Source: a virus
Lineage: Duplodnaviria > Caudoviricetes
Length of the DNA stretch: 64,000 nucleotides
Reading direction: 5' to 3' (one strand)
Virus record (IMG/VR): IMGVR_UViG_3300035208_002849
Coordinates: 32,001-96,000 of that record
Below the pieces are notes generated by a model that saw only the letters and a list, made by a program, of their open reading frames with translations, had not been told where the DNA came from and did not search any database. Shown here piece by piece: positions 18,360 through 30,100 of the stretch. The first letter of the stretch is position 1. Each line of letters begins with the position of its first letter. A program made the translations under genes and the position numbers.

Positions 18360-20525
18360 TTATCCAACCATAGTGTTTTTCATATAAGTAGCTTGATTCT
18401 TAGCACTTTGTCTCTGCGACAGAACATATTCATCGCTCTTGTATAGCTTGCTCATTTCCATTGCTATCAAACGAGCCTGAATCTGCATTGCATTCAATTG
18501 ATCTCGACCCACCGCACCTTCAACAACACTTGCAGTTGTCATGGTCTTAAATGTTGGTCGTGTACGTTCAACATCCTTTTGACGAACATCAGTTCGAGAC
18601 GATTTGATAGAGCGTTCGAAATCGTTCAGACTTTGTTCTTCTTCATCACCAGCTCCATTAGCATTTTTGATATCACGTGCAACAAGAGCAGCGTCAATAC
18701 CAATTGAGGCGGCTGTTCCGAGTACAGGTAGTAATGATACAAGACCTGACAACACTTCACCACCAGCACCTAAATAATCGCCATCCATAAGACGATCGAT
18801 ACCGAATCCAAGACCAGCGATCAAACCGAGTACAGGAATTTTTTTAGCAACACCTTTAGCAAGTCCCTTACTACCAATTTTAGTAGCTTCTTTACCACCC
18901 ATCTTAAGAGCACCCTTACCACCTAGTTTAAGTGCTTCTTTACCACCGAGTTTTTCGGCACCCTTTAGCCCACCTTTCAAAATTCCTTTCTCGGCACCCT
19001 TGAATCCTCCTTTCAGAAGTCCCTTTCCGCCAAGTTTTGAAAATGCTTTTCCACCAAGTTTGGAAAATGGTTTCATTAGGAATCTACCTAGTTTACCCAT
19101 TTTACCCATTACCATACTACCAAGACCACCTAGAACGGCTCCCATTATACCAGAGAAGATTCCGCCACCTCCGCCTTCACCAGTAGCTACTTTTCCAGTT
19201 TTACCTTTACCACCACCCAATGTATCATTCAATTCATCGAGTTCTTGATAAATACCAGCAATGTATTGTCCATATGTTCTAGGATTTTTTGCAGGAACAA
19301 TTGGAGTATTCATAAGTGATTTAGACTGAAGTCGCATACCACGATCCGGTGTCGAGGCATCGGCTCCTTTTGGTTTTAATAGACCCGCAAGACCACCCGC
19401 AAAGCCACCTAACATACCACCTATACCAGTCGATTTAGATCCTCTCATCGAAGCATATGCATCCTCACGTGACATACCTTGAGCTTCACTAAGCAATTCA
19501 TTTTTTCTACGTCTAGATGTCAATTGCTGGTCATCGGATGATTTACGTTTGGATGCTGCCGTGATTTTTCCATTAATATCACTAGTGGCACTTACAGCAA
19601 TATTTTTAGCAGAATGTTCAATAAGAAGTTCACGCTCATATTTACTCATCTTGCGATAGTCTTTATCGGTTCGACCACGCTGATGCATATATTCACGAGC
19701 TGTATATTCACCAAACGATTTCGACTTACCACGAATTCGGTCAGCACGTGATTTTATACTCGCTTGGAGGGCATCTATATCAGATTGAGAACCACCGGAT
19801 TTTTTCAATTCATCCAGTCGATTTCGTTCAGCCGCAATAAGAGCTTTATCTTTATTGATATCCTTTACCAATTTACCAATAGTAGATTGACGTTTACGAC
19901 TTCCACGCTGTGTAAAGAAATCTGATCCTTTTTTGAATATACTGACTAATTCACGGGCACCGCCCATCATTTCACCAATGCCACCGCCAATCTGACTGCC
20001 TTTAGCACCAGTTCTACCAAAATAATTTTCAGCAACCCCGTAGCCTTTTCCGATCATACCCATGCTCTTTCCGAGAAGGCTTTTAGTTTCTTGGTCTCGA
20101 TTTCGGGTACGAGTATTATTCTCATTAGTAAGATCTGTGAGCAAACGAAGATACTCATTGGTCTTCATTTGATTGGCACTAGTTTTCTGCTGATTGCGAA
20201 GCATTTCCGCAGTATTCTTCGTATTTTTTGCTTCAACGTCAGCTTGCTCAGCCTCTTCTTTCTCAGATTTCAATCCTTCGACCAATTTCATATGAGCATC
20301 GAGAGTCTTCTTCATATCATCAGTGTCATTACCTTCATATGTGATAATGTCATCTTCTTCGTCACGAGCTTTGGCCTGAGCCGCAGATTGTTCCTTAATG
20401 GCCTTTTCAATACCTTCTAAGGTCACACGTGATTTACGTGTGTCATCTAACATCCCGCCAAAATTTTCACGGAATTTCTGCAACTCACTGGTTAGAGCAT
20501 TAATATCTTCTTCGTTTACAGCCAT
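18360..20525 (-). CDS. Tape-measure/gp29-like protein
   Basis: Coiled coils, (L/M)GGK repeats, KKIPVLGLIAGLGFGIDRL..GD motif; late promoter at 20552-20560. Confidence 0.6.
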   Translation of the reverse strand: MAVNEEDINALTSELQKFRENFGGMLDDTRKSRVTLEGIEKAIKEQSAAQAKARDEEDDIITYEGNDTDDMKKTLDAHMKLVEGLKSEKEEAEQADVEAKNTKNTAEMLRNQQKTSANQMKTNEYLRLLTDLTNENNTRTRNRDQETKSLLGKSMGMIGKGYGVAENYFGRTGAKGSQIGGGIGEMMGGARELVSIFKKGSDFFTQRGSRKRQSTIGKLVKDINKDKALIAAERNRLDELKKSGGSQSDIDALQASIKSRADRIRGKSKSFGEYTAREYMHQRGRTDKDYRKMSKYERELLIEHSAKNIAVSATSDINGKITAASKRKSSDDQQLTSRRRKNELLSEAQGMSREDAYASMRGSKSTGIGGMLGGFAGGLAGLLKPKGADASTPDRGMRLQSKSLMNTPIVPAKNPRTYGQYIAGIYQELDELNDTLGGGKGKTGKVATGEGGGGGIFSGIMGAVLGGLGSMVMGKMGKLGRFLMKPFSKLGGKAFSKLGGKGLLKGGFKGAEKGILKGGLKGAEKLGGKEALKLGGKGALKMGGKEATKIGSKGLAKGVAKKIPVLGLIAGLGFGIDRLMDGDYLGAGGEVLSGLVSLLPVLGTAASIGIDAALVARDIKNANGAGDEEEQSLNDFERSIKSSRTDVRQKDVERTRPTFKTMTTASVVEGAVGRDQLNAMQIQARLIAMEMSKLYKSDEYVLSQRQSAKNQATYMKNTMVG

Positions 20526-20611
20526 ACAAATCTACGGTTTATCGTACCTATAGTTTATAAAAAGAAAAAAGGACCATTTCTTTAAAAAATAGTCCTTTTC
20601 GAAGTGTGATA

Positions 20612-20824
20612 TTAAGAATTCGTCAGTCCTAACATATGAGATAGATGTTCAAGTATATCGGACGAGTTCTCGAATTTTTTCTTCAATGTCTTCTGAATAG
20701 TCGCATCGAGTTTGATAAAATCCGGTATGAACATTCTATCACAGTCATGAAACGTATTAGATGAATTCATTGATATGAGGGATTTGGTTTCACTCACATT
20801 ATCGTCAGGTATCAAAGGGAACAT
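20612..20824 (-). CDS. Small baseplate hub assembly protein (gp51-like, tentative)
   Basis: 70 aa, overlaps the end of the gp26-like gene. Confidence 0.35.
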   Translation of the reverse strand: MFPLIPDDNVSETKSLISMNSSNTFHDCDRMFIPDFIKLDATIQKTLKKKFENSSDILEHLSHMLGLTNS

Positions 20825-21887
20825 ACGTATCAGGGCGAAACGGATACCCCTTCAATGGAGTTACCTCCCCACATTTTGGGCAAATGTGATTAACAATCGG
20901 CTCTGCAATGAGAGAATTGCTATTAACCAATTTGACTAGATCCAAAAAGTCCAATGCACTCCATTGACTGATTGCTTGTGCACGTTCACGAAGATCTGGA
21001 ACACCAATATCAGTGATTACAGCAAGCCGAAGAAGATCAACATATTCCTGACTTGGCATCTCATCATTGGAATAGAAATCTTCTTCAAGTACCGTGAGCA
21101 CTTGTTTAGCATGCCATCTACGAGCCAATGTAATACGTACAACAGTTCCCGATCTCAATTGAGTTTCTACGTAACCATGTGGTAAAAACTTCTTTGCAAC
21201 TTCATCGGGAGAGAAATTTGCATCCCATGTTATCTGTTGAAATCGAACTGCATATTCTGGATCTTCAATCTGGAAATCACATTCTGGATTTTCACATACG
21301 AATCCATTTGATGGGTAATTGTATCCGGGGAATGATGTTGCACGTAACCACATGGTTAGATACAACTCATCCGCAGATAATATTTCATCGGGAAGAACAT
21401 CTCGAATACGGCGACCAAATATCTCATCAAAACGTGAATGAATGTTAAACTCATCCATACTCTGAATCAATAACAAATCTTCAACCTTCAATGCCTGAGC
21501 GAGAAGTTTATTGTTGTAAAAAAGTCCCTTAGATGGGAGATTTTCCACTTCAATAAACGTTTCGTATGCAATTTGATTCTGCGGGATACCAGAGCTTGTG
21601 GGAGCACTAGGGAAAACAGGGGAAGCACCCAGAGGTGCTTGACTCTGTAGATAATCACTTGGAATATCCACTGTTTTCGGTTCCTGTATAGGGTTTGTTT
21701 CCGCCACAGATTTTTTTGCCACTACAGGTTTCGAAACAGGTGGAAGATCCTGTTTTTTCTTTTTAATAGGCTCCTCAGCACCACTAGCAAGCCCCATATT
21801 TCTTAGTTGCTGCTGTGATTTCTTAGCTTGCACCAATGCAGCAACTGCATCGCTATCAAGTTGTTGGGTCAATTTGTTACCAGACAT
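20805..21887 (-). CDS. Baseplate hub assembly protein gp26-like
   Basis: LPSKGLFY, LKVEDLLLI, DELYL..WLRATS, CENPEC and CPKCG motifs. Confidence 0.7.
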   Translation of the reverse strand: MSGNKLTQQLDSDAVAALVQAKKSQQQLRNMGLASGAEEPIKKKKQDLPPVSKPVVAKKSVAETNPIQEPKTVDIPSDYLQSQAPLGASPVFPSAPTSSGIPQNQIAYETFIEVENLPSKGLFYNNKLLAQALKVEDLLLIQSMDEFNIHSRFDEIFGRRIRDVLPDEILSADELYLTMWLRATSFPGYNYPSNGFVCENPECDFQIEDPEYAVRFQQITWDANFSPDEVAKKFLPHGYVETQLRSGTVVRITLARRWHAKQVLTVLEEDFYSNDEMPSQEYVDLLRLAVITDIGVPDLRERAQAISQWSALDFLDLVKLVNSNSLIAEPIVNHICPKCGEVTPLKGYPFRPDTYVPFDT

Positions 21888-21889
21888 TC

Positions 21890-22624
21890 TTATACCTCGA
21901 TAAGACCTTCCTCGACTACTTTCGCTCTCTTGAAGAGGTCAGTAATATCACCACTGATATTGAAAACCTGAACTCCTTCAATGTCAACTTCTTTAATGAT
22001 CTTATACCAGCTTTCCCCGGTATAGAAGTCAGTCAAGTACTGATCTCGGATTCCATCTTTCAACTTGTTTATACCTTGATCCTTCCAAGGATAAGTCACA
22101 AAAACAGCTTTATAGAAATTCTTGGTGTTAATTTCAGCAGTTTTCTTGCACAACTCGATCAAATACTTACAATGATCGTTCGGCTTACGCTTCAATTCAC
22201 TCTGAAGGTACTTCATTCCACATACAGTGATGGCATAGAAATCAATCGGACTTCGATCTGTCATCAATACAGAAGGAACGTAATGCTTATCCTGAGTGGC
22301 AAGAAATACTTCGGTTGAGAAATCATTCAATAACTGCATCTGCGACTTGATATACTTTTCGTAAATCTCATCGATCTTAGCAGCACGTTCCTTGGGCTTC
22401 ATGGTTTCCAAATCGCCCTTGTACTTATGAAGAATTTCATCGGGATTGATGTAAGTCTTCTTACCATTGGTGTTGTTCTTTCCAAACAGATAGCGAATGA
22501 TTCCAGTGTATGGAGCGATCCGCTGTCCATTAATAGGGCCTTGAACATTTCGGATTATCGTGGTCTTTCCTGCACCAGACTGTCCAAAGAATCCTACGAT
22601 CTTAAGGTTTTCATTTCTGTTCAT
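21890..22624 (-). CDS. P-loop nucleotide kinase/AAA_28-like ATPase
   Basis: GQSGAGKTT, TDRSPIDFYA, DGIR; start moved to ATG 22624. Confidence 0.7.
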   Translation of the reverse strand: MNRNENLKIVGFFGQSGAGKTTIIRNVQGPINGQRIAPYTGIIRYLFGKNNTNGKKTYINPDEILHKYKGDLETMKPKERAAKIDEIYEKYIKSQMQLLNDFSTEVFLATQDKHYVPSVLMTDRSPIDFYAITVCGMKYLQSELKRKPNDHCKYLIELCKKTAEINTKNFYKAVFVTYPWKDQGINKLKDGIRDQYLTDFYTGESWYKIIKEVDIEGVQVFNISGDITDLFKRAKVVEEGLIEV

Positions 22625-22625
22625 A

Positions 22626-24152
22626 TTACTGTCCCTTATTGATGTTAATTTCAACGTCAATCAATTTGTCTGACGCTGGTTCAGTTTGTACAGGAGTAGC
22701 ATCCTGCGTGGATTCGATTTTGGCCTTTTGTGCATCGGCTTCCGCTTCCATCTTCAACCGAGTTTCGGTTGCCAATGCTTCACGTGCCATCGCCATCTCT
22801 TTACCAAGCATAATCACGAAATATCCGTTGATAATGTTAGGGGAAGTAATCAATCGACCTTCCACATATGGGCGATACTTGTTATATGATTCATTCCAAC
22901 GAACGGGAATCTTATGGGCTTCGATCATTGCACGAATCTGCTTAGCAGGAGTGTTCTTACCAAATGTAAGTCCAGCAGCAAATCCCATCATACTTGCCTT
23001 GATCTCATCAGCATCTTCCTTATCGGTTCCATCTGGGATGATATGGTCGATACCACAAATAGGCAGTGCACCATAAGATACGGAGAAGAGAATATCTTCT
23101 TCACCACAGCTCAGTTCATATGCACGACCGAGAAGATCCTCAGACAACGTGTGGATCACGAAGTCAAACCCAATATCACGTTCGATTGCATAGGTAGGAT
23201 AGATATTCCCACTATTGACATAGGGGTTAGCCCAGTGATAAATATGCTTCACCTTACCACGCTGCATAAGACCGAGAATATGAGGATTCACTTCATCAAC
23301 AGAGCATATTGTGATATCCATCTTGCGATGATTATCCATAATAAACTCTTCAACATTCTCAGGTATGCTCAACCCCTTAATAAGCACCTTAGGCTTATTC
23401 ATAGTGAGCTGAGTGGTGCCGATATTATTGCGAGTGAAATTCTTGTATACTGGAGAGAATTCGAGATTCATTGCAGTAGGAATCACAGCGATTGGTTTAT
23501 TAGCATCAAGTACCAACGGACGAACATTTCTTACACGAGCTTGCTCATTCAGATTCTTGATAACGCCCTTCAAATCAACAGTCGGTACTACAATCACGTC
23601 AGCGATGTTCACGAATGTTTCAATGATCTGCACGGATTGAATATCATGTGAACGTCCGATAGGACCTTCCCATACGAATTCATCAAGTGCGTAAATAATA
23701 CGAAGCTTATTTTCACGCTTCTTACCAAGGTCCTGAACATATGCTTCGACCTTGGACTTATCTTCATCCTGTTCAAGTTTCTCAATAGTTTCTTTCCATT
23801 CAGGATCGATATCATCGAACATACTGACATGCAATTCGGATAGATTCTTAGCCGCCTTGAAATCGGTTGCATTATCAATCCAAAGAATATTGATTCCTTC
23901 GAGATCAGACTTGGTCAACGTAGCCAGCTTCGAAGATGATGCTGTCATATATGAAATTTCAGCTTGTTTGCGATAGAATTCTGCGAAATTACGCACTGCT
24001 ACTTCACCACGGAAAGGACGAAGGCGTGAATCCCCATCGGTGATGTAGAGAATCTTGAAAACAGGCTTCTTGGATGCCTTTTCTCTCAATTCATCGGTGA
24101 GTATGAATTTGGACTGCTCGTCCTGTACGACTTCATTGGTTTCCTCAGACAT
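22626..24152 (-). CDS. Hypothetical protein, possibly a degenerate GT-B glycosyltransferase
   Basis: IIYALDEFVW, ADVIVVPT.DL and IAVIPTAM resemble GT-B N-terminal motifs. Confidence 0.45.
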   Translation of the reverse strand: MSEETNEVVQDEQSKFILTDELREKASKKPVFKILYITDGDSRLRPFRGEVAVRNFAEFYRKQAEISYMTASSSKLATLTKSDLEGINILWIDNATDFKAAKNLSELHVSMFDDIDPEWKETIEKLEQDEDKSKVEAYVQDLGKKRENKLRIIYALDEFVWEGPIGRSHDIQSVQIIETFVNIADVIVVPTVDLKGVIKNLNEQARVRNVRPLVLDANKPIAVIPTAMNLEFSPVYKNFTRNNIGTTQLTMNKPKVLIKGLSIPENVEEFIMDNHRKMDITICSVDEVNPHILGLMQRGKVKHIYHWANPYVNSGNIYPTYAIERDIGFDFVIHTLSEDLLGRAYELSCGEEDILFSVSYGALPICGIDHIIPDGTDKEDADEIKASMMGFAAGLTFGKNTPAKQIRAMIEAHKIPVRWNESYNKYRPYVEGRLITSPNIINGYFVIMLGKEMAMAREALATETRLKMEAEADAQKAKIESTQDATPVQTEPASDKLIDVEININKGQ

Positions 24153-24161
24153 GTATACCTC

Positions 24162-25280
24162 TTAGGAGTTAATGGTTTCATCAAAAAATTTGATTTGGTT
24201 CATGATTGCGGATTTTACATCCGTTGTAAGTTTGAGTTTAGGTAGATCTTCAGAGTTCTGTTCGATGAAGATTTCCGACAGACTGACTGTGGTCATCTTC
24301 ATGATCTGATTGGCTTCTCTTTCATCCTCTGGTTTAGATTCTACTTCCGATTTGTCACCAGCATATGACATTGGCCTTATTAAGATAGGCTTTTTATGCT
24401 CGACTTTTAATCTTATCTCAAATTCTTCTTCTTTCGTAAGATTACTGCTAATATACAGACGAACAAAGCAATTTTCCAAATTATCAATTGCATCAATGTC
24501 ATCGGTATCCCATAAATCAACGAATCGAGGGGAAATGGTATTTTCGATATATTCCATTTCCATATTTTCATCAAGTATCCATACACCATGACTCTGATTT
24601 GCATTAGCGAATGTCATGGGGTAAGGAGATCCCAAGTAATACAAATTATCATCACCTTTCTGGGTATGCGATTGCCCATGATAATGACCACTGAAAATAT
24701 TACTTGCTGCATTCATGTATAAGTTAGGATCGAGACCGAAGGTTGACATACTGTTACCTTCCATATTAATCCCGAACATTTCGAAGTGACCGAAGAATAC
24801 AGTATTCTGGCGATCATCACGAGATTTAGTAGACATCTTCTCAAGGAACTGAACAACCTTTTCTTCACGAGATCCTATAATCCAAGGGAACATATACCAT
24901 TTTTTCCCAAGGAACTCCTTGACCTGAACTCCATCTCGATATACGGTAACATTAGGAATGTCTTCAAATAATTCAAGTGCAGTAATATCATAATCGTTCT
25001 CGTAATACATATCATGATTACCGAGAATAATATGAATATCGAAATCTTTCATCTTTGTTTGGAATAGACGCTTGGTATTTACAAGTGCTTCCACATTGAT
25101 TGTTTGGCGAGTATCATGAACGTCACCAGTAAAGAGTATTGTCTTTACATTACGTTCATTCAATTCCTCAATGAGGTGATCGAAAAACTCAAGTTGACCA
25201 TCCTTGATATGTTTCTTTATCAAAGGATGCTCAGCTTTACGAGCAAAATGCACATCACCAATTAAGCATATCTTATCCAT
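24162..25280 (-). CDS. Recombination nuclease gp47 (Mre11/SbcD family)
   Basis: GDVHF, GDVHD, GNHD, GHFE, SGHYH, YLGSP. Confidence 0.9.
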   Translation of the reverse strand: MDKICLIGDVHFARKAEHPLIKKHIKDGQLEFFDHLIEELNERNVKTILFTGDVHDTRQTINVEALVNTKRLFQTKMKDFDIHIILGNHDMYYENDYDITALELFEDIPNVTVYRDGVQVKEFLGKKWYMFPWIIGSREEKVVQFLEKMSTKSRDDRQNTVFFGHFEMFGINMEGNSMSTFGLDPNLYMNAASNIFSGHYHGQSHTQKGDDNLYYLGSPYPMTFANANQSHGVWILDENMEMEYIENTISPRFVDLWDTDDIDAIDNLENCFVRLYISSNLTKEEEFEIRLKVEHKKPILIRPMSYAGDKSEVESKPEDEREANQIMKMTTVSLSEIFIEQNSEDLPKLKLTTDVKSAIMNQIKFFDETINS

Positions 25281-25327
25281 GCCTTGAAAGGTACTATATT
25301 AGAGGTGAAAATACCCGAAAAAGTTGA

Positions 25328-25903
25328 CTATTGTTCAATTATTTCTTCGGAATCTTTGGGCGGTTTATTTGCAGTAATTGAATCGATTTCTTCGGAGTCT
25401 TTCACTTCTTTGATATATGCTATCCAATCCTGCGGTGTCATAGGTTTGGATGTCTGTTCGTTCTCACCAACAATAGTAAGACCTTTCATTTCTTCCTCTT
25501 GCTTGAACTTGAGGATCATGTTAGTCAGCCTATCCAAACTACCAGTTACCGAATCAATTAGTTTAGCACCAGCAGTCCACATACGATCACTGGGATTTAC
25601 TAATCCATCAAGCTGAGTTTTGAACCCATCAAGAAGAGCTTTGCTAATTTCGTATACTTCAAATGCCTCACTCTTGATTCGAACTTTGTCCTGTTCGAGT
25701 TCAGCGATATCGAATCCACTTTTTACTAGTTCACTGGATGGCAAGCTACCAAGCACTTCCAGCTCATGGCTTTTTTCAACCAACTCCTTAGTTTTGTTTT
25801 TGACTCCATTGGCGAGGGTTGCCCCTATTTTTTCTTCACTCTGAGACGTGGAGCCGGGGGGAAGGCCAAGTAATCGTTCAATTGCGTCAAATTTATCGGA
25901 CAT
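25328..25903 (-). CDS. Probable terminase small subunit (gp16-like)
   Basis: PSDRMWTAGAKLIDSVTGSLDRL resembles the gp16 PRaxEVa.qLi helix. Confidence 0.5.
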   Translation of the reverse strand: MSDKFDAIERLLGLPPGSTSQSEEKIGATLANGVKNKTKELVEKSHELEVLGSLPSSELVKSGFDIAELEQDKVRIKSEAFEVYEISKALLDGFKTQLDGLVNPSDRMWTAGAKLIDSVTGSLDRLTNMILKFKQEEEMKGLTIVGENEQTSKPMTPQDWIAYIKEVKDSEEIDSITANKPPKDSEEIIEQ

Positions 25904-25989
25904 AATTCGTATATTTAGGTGTGGGTGTGACTAATTGTGTATACACTCTAATATATTTATTTTCAATCGACAAAAATGGAGGAAAATTG

Positions 25990-26466
25990 ATGTCTGGCGA
26001 AAATGTAAACTTTGGACCTATTGAGATCAAGAACAAAAAGATCATCAGGCTTCGAGATTGGGTAAACCAATACTTGGAAATCGAAGACGAAAATGGTGTT
26101 CTTGATATTGACCGTGCGATGAGAAACATCAATTACAGTGCGGGTAATTTCTATTCTAACCTAAATGGCATATTGATGCAGGAGCGATTTAAGCTAACCG
26201 ATATTGAAGGTGACTTGAATCGTATCCGAGCACAGCAATATGATAAAGTAAAACGATTTACTGACTATCAAGTTGATTCAAGTGGAATTAAACTTTTGGT
26301 TGAGGGCAATGAGGCAGTTATTGCTAAAAAACGTGAATATGATATGCAAGCCGAATATGTAGATTACATTGACCGCACAATGAAACAGTTTAGCTTCTAC
26401 TCGAATAAAGTAGATACTATGATAAAAGCCCGTGAAACGAAAGAACGATACGGTGGATTTATCTAA
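25990..26466 (+). CDS. uvsY: UvsY-like recombination mediator
   Basis: Helical ~158 aa with LEID-like start, IKLLVEGNEAV and VDYIDRTMKQF pattern; ATG at 25990 with GGAGG RBS. Confidence 0.55.
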   Translation: MSGENVNFGPIEIKNKKIIRLRDWVNQYLEIEDENGVLDIDRAMRNINYSAGNFYSNLNGILMQERFKLTDIEGDLNRIRAQQYDKVKRFTDYQVDSSGIKLLVEGNEAVIAKKREYDMQAEYVDYIDRTMKQFSFYSNKVDTMIKARETKERYGGFI

Positions 26467-26470
26467 AAAG

Positions 26471-26494
26471 AAAGGGAGCCAATCGGCTCCCTTT
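26471..26494. terminator. Bidirectional terminator between convergent genes
   Basis: AAAGGGAGCC-AATC-GGCTCCCTTT. Confidence 0.75.
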
Positions 26495-26498
26495 TCTA

Positions 26499-27179
26499 TT
26501 AAAGACCAGTTGCGTAGTCTTCCGGTATCTGAATCGTCCATCGGTCTGCATGCAATGTGAACTTGAAGTTCGCAATGTTTGCATCCTTATAGCTAAGATC
26601 AAAACCAGTGATCTGTGTTGGATATGCATTGATGAGGTTCAATCGCATGATTACTTCACCACGCATCCAGTTGTGCAGTTCGATCTTGATGTTGCTATTA
26701 CGAACAACCGCTACGGTTGGGTTCTCGATATCTTTATGGTTACCAAGACCAAGACGAAGTCCAGTCTGGTTCATTCTGTCATTAAACTGTTCGTTCACAA
26801 GAACGCCAGTGTTCTGACAAGCCTGTTCCCAACCCAACATCGCTTCGTAAGCTCTCATATCTTCAAGAAGAATGGTTTCGAATTCGATATCAGCGGAGAT
26901 ATCGGTATTAACCACGTGGGCTTGTGGGAAGCCCATGTAGTGATGATCTGCACTGGTATTCTTCAGAGTAGGGATCTGACAGCTTTTCACATGAAGTGCA
27001 AAGTTATCAGTACCGTCCTCACCGTTGGTGAACTGGTCACCATTGGTTACCTGAATACCGCTTGCGGCGAACACACTGGATGGTATGAGTACTCTCCAGC
27101 GAGTGGTTCTAACCGGATCTCTTAAGTTGTCAATACCACTTAAGAAGAACATTTTTGTTTGATTGCTAAAATCGGCCAT
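26499..27179 (-). CDS. Tail tube protein (gp19-like)
   Basis: VKSCQIP, YMG, LINAYPTQITGFDLSY, FTLHADRW; directly follows the sheath gene. Confidence 0.8.
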   Translation of the reverse strand: MADFSNQTKMFFLSGIDNLRDPVRTTRWRVLIPSSVFAASGIQVTNGDQFTNGEDGTDNFALHVKSCQIPTLKNTSADHHYMGFPQAHVVNTDISADIEFETILLEDMRAYEAMLGWEQACQNTGVLVNEQFNDRMNQTGLRLGLGNHKDIENPTVAVVRNSNIKIELHNWMRGEVIMRLNLINAYPTQITGFDLSYKDANIANFKFTLHADRWTIQIPEDYATGL

Positions 27180-27185
27180 GATGTA

Positions 27186-30100
27186 TTATCCTCCAATTAA
27201 CTGAGCACTAACAATGCTTGCAGTATCTCCAGTTCTTTGTACAGTTGTTCTAAGAGTGATGAACTCAGCAGTTCGTGTAGGCTGTAAGAAGATGTCAACA
27301 ATCAACTGGTTGGTATCGATGATATCAGCAGTGTTGTTGGTATCGTCACAGATACAGATACCTTCGGTCAAACCAGCAGGGTTAGCAGACTTGATGAGTT
27401 CAAGTTGTGCTTGAAGTTCTGCTGTGATTCCATTTCTCAGAGCAGGAGTATTCAACTGGAATACCTTACGATCCAAGAAATCGGCGAATCTCTTATGAAT
27501 ACCAGCAACCAACATGATTACGTTCAATCTGTTGAGAGCGGTCATTCTCTTAAGCATTGTCTTCTGACCATAGATGAACTGACCCTGATCGTTTACACGA
27601 GTTGGGTTGATGTTCGCATCGTACAGACGAGCGATGTCAGAAGTAGGATCGTCAGCATAGTTGTAAGTACGGATGTACTTCTGTCTGCTGGACAATGCCG
27701 CAGGGATTCTACCAGTTTCATAACCAGCAGGTGGCAACCAGTAAACATTCGCAGCTCTGTTAAGAGTGATGATTGCAGCGACTTCGATAGACTTAACTGC
27801 TTCAACATTCAACTTAGTGTAAACTGAGTCGAAGAAGATTGAGCGACCATCGAACAAAGCACCCCAGCGAGAGATATCTCCCTGAGAACCGATACCAACC
27901 ATCTTACGAAGAGCGACATCGATTTTCTTTTCATCAACACCATCAAAGATTGCGAAGCAGTCCTTTCTCTTTTCACATATATCAAGCATTGTATCCATTA
28001 CACTGTAGTTGATTGTTTCCATATTCTTAACGAACAGGTTGCTAATCGCAGTACCAGCAGCGATGAACATGTCAGCACGAGCTTCGTCCTTATTAAGGAA
28101 CAACTGCCATGCTTGACCGAGCATTGCCGAACCGTTGTTGTTGCGTGGGTCATATTCCCAAACCACATCATTCACGATAGCAGGATCGTTAGCATTGAAT
28201 GCAACTTGTACGAATTCACTTTCGATGTTTTCGTTATACAAACTCTGAGACAGATCGAAGTTAGGATCAAGGATCGCATTCTCAAGAGAGATGTTTTCAT
28301 TGATAACGAACTTCCAACCATTTGCTACATTGTTAGCCTGTTCCTTGATATCAAGGTTCAAGTCATTGTATACGTAAGGGACGATTGTACCGCTGAAGTT
28401 ATAAGTTTCACCACCGAAGTAGTATTCAACGATCAAAAAGATTCGAGCAACTGCTTCACCATCAGCGGTCAGTGTGAATACACGATCCTGATCGCCATCG
28501 AAATCGATGTCCTGATAATCTTCAACTGCGAGACCAAGGCTCAAGAATGTACGACCAACCGCATCGTCAAGAACGATACCATCAGTGGTTGTTGCAATAT
28601 CTTCCAGATCATTAGCAGTTGTCAAGTATGTCAAGCTGTTAGTGTTAACGAAAGAAGTTGCTGCATCCTGAGTAGCACTAGGAACAGTCAAATTGAACTT
28701 ACCAACGATGTCAAGTCTCAGTTTCTGATTACCATCATTAACAGTGAGAGATACCTTTGCAGTAGTAAGGTTAAGAACACGATAGAGAGTGTTTGTTGCA
28801 CTTACACCAGTGATCGAAATAGTATTACCAGTTGTAGCATCCTTAAGACCAATTGTGTCATTAGGAATGCTTACGGAAGCAACCTGATAGATTGTACCAG
28901 CGGTAAGACCGAGATCCGAGATTTTTTCACGGCCAGTTGCAGTTTCCAAGTCACTGAACATAACGTAATCATTGATGGAGAACTTAGATGCATAACCGTT
29001 GCTCAACTTAATCAAGTTGTTGGTAACATCAACCAACTTACCGTCAAACACGATCTTAGCTGAAGAAGTAGTTCCATAACCAGCGGTTGTCAATGCACTT
29101 GCAATATTGCGAAGGATTGCAGTCTGGTTGATAATTGTATTAATTCCAGTGCCATCATCCGTCAATGTAATTGCGGTTGCGTTGCCATCATTTGTTACAA
29201 GAGTGATGTCATCGCCATCAATTGCACTTACTAGATAATCGGTTCCAACTGCAAGAGGTGCAGGTAAATCAGGAGTAACAATCGAATTAGTCAATGTAAC
29301 AGCGTCACCAACAAGGAACTTAACACCAGTACCGGATGCGGCAGTGATGATAGTTGCATCAGTTGCATAATTGCTAGTGAATGTTGTATTCACAATCTCA
29401 ACGGCCAAATTACCAGAAGTAACGGTAGAGTCATTATCAAATTCGAGTGTGTACTCAGTGTTTGATGCATCAACTACAGAGAATGTATCACCATCATTTG
29501 CAGTCGTGATTACACTTGCACCACCAACGATTTCGAGGTAATCGTACTTCTTAGTAGCTTTACCAGTAGCAACGGTTTTAATGCTAAGATAGTCAACACC
29601 GCTTTCAGAAGTATCTTCATTCTTGAACACAGCACCAGTTGTTTCAGTACCGTATACAGTAGCTGAAGAAGTGTATGTAAATGTAGTTGTGGAAGTAACC
29701 GTGATGATCACATCTGATTCATTATAGTTCACAGTACCAGCGATTGTAACAGTGTCACCCGTGCTGAATCCATGAGGAGAAGCAGTGGTTACAGTAGCGA
29801 TGGTGCTATTAACAACGATAGAAGAGATCACAAATCGATCACCTGCACGAGTAGCAGCAGTAGGGTCACTGTTCATAATAGCGAACAATGCAACCTTATC
29901 GGTTCCACTATCATAGTCAGTCTGAGCATCTGCGTCAATTTCGAAATCCACATTGGTATTTTCAAGAAGGGTCTTGGCGATTGTGAGGATCTCACGCTTA
30001 CCCTTCTTGGTAGCAAGACCATCCAAGTAGTAACGAGTTGCTGCGTAGTATGAAATATCGAATGAAGTAGGAGCACCGTCAGAGAAATCATATTCTACCA

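Noticed and set aside
18850-19100. DNA tandem-repeat array
   Set aside because: Only degenerate GGK-coding repeats inside the tape-measure-like protein
28113-29063. Long antisense ORFs (e.g. 28113-29063, 14321-15016, 22914-23651, 41083-41724, 47470-48069)
   Set aside because: They are shadows of strongly supported opposite-strand genes, with no RBS or recognisable motifs
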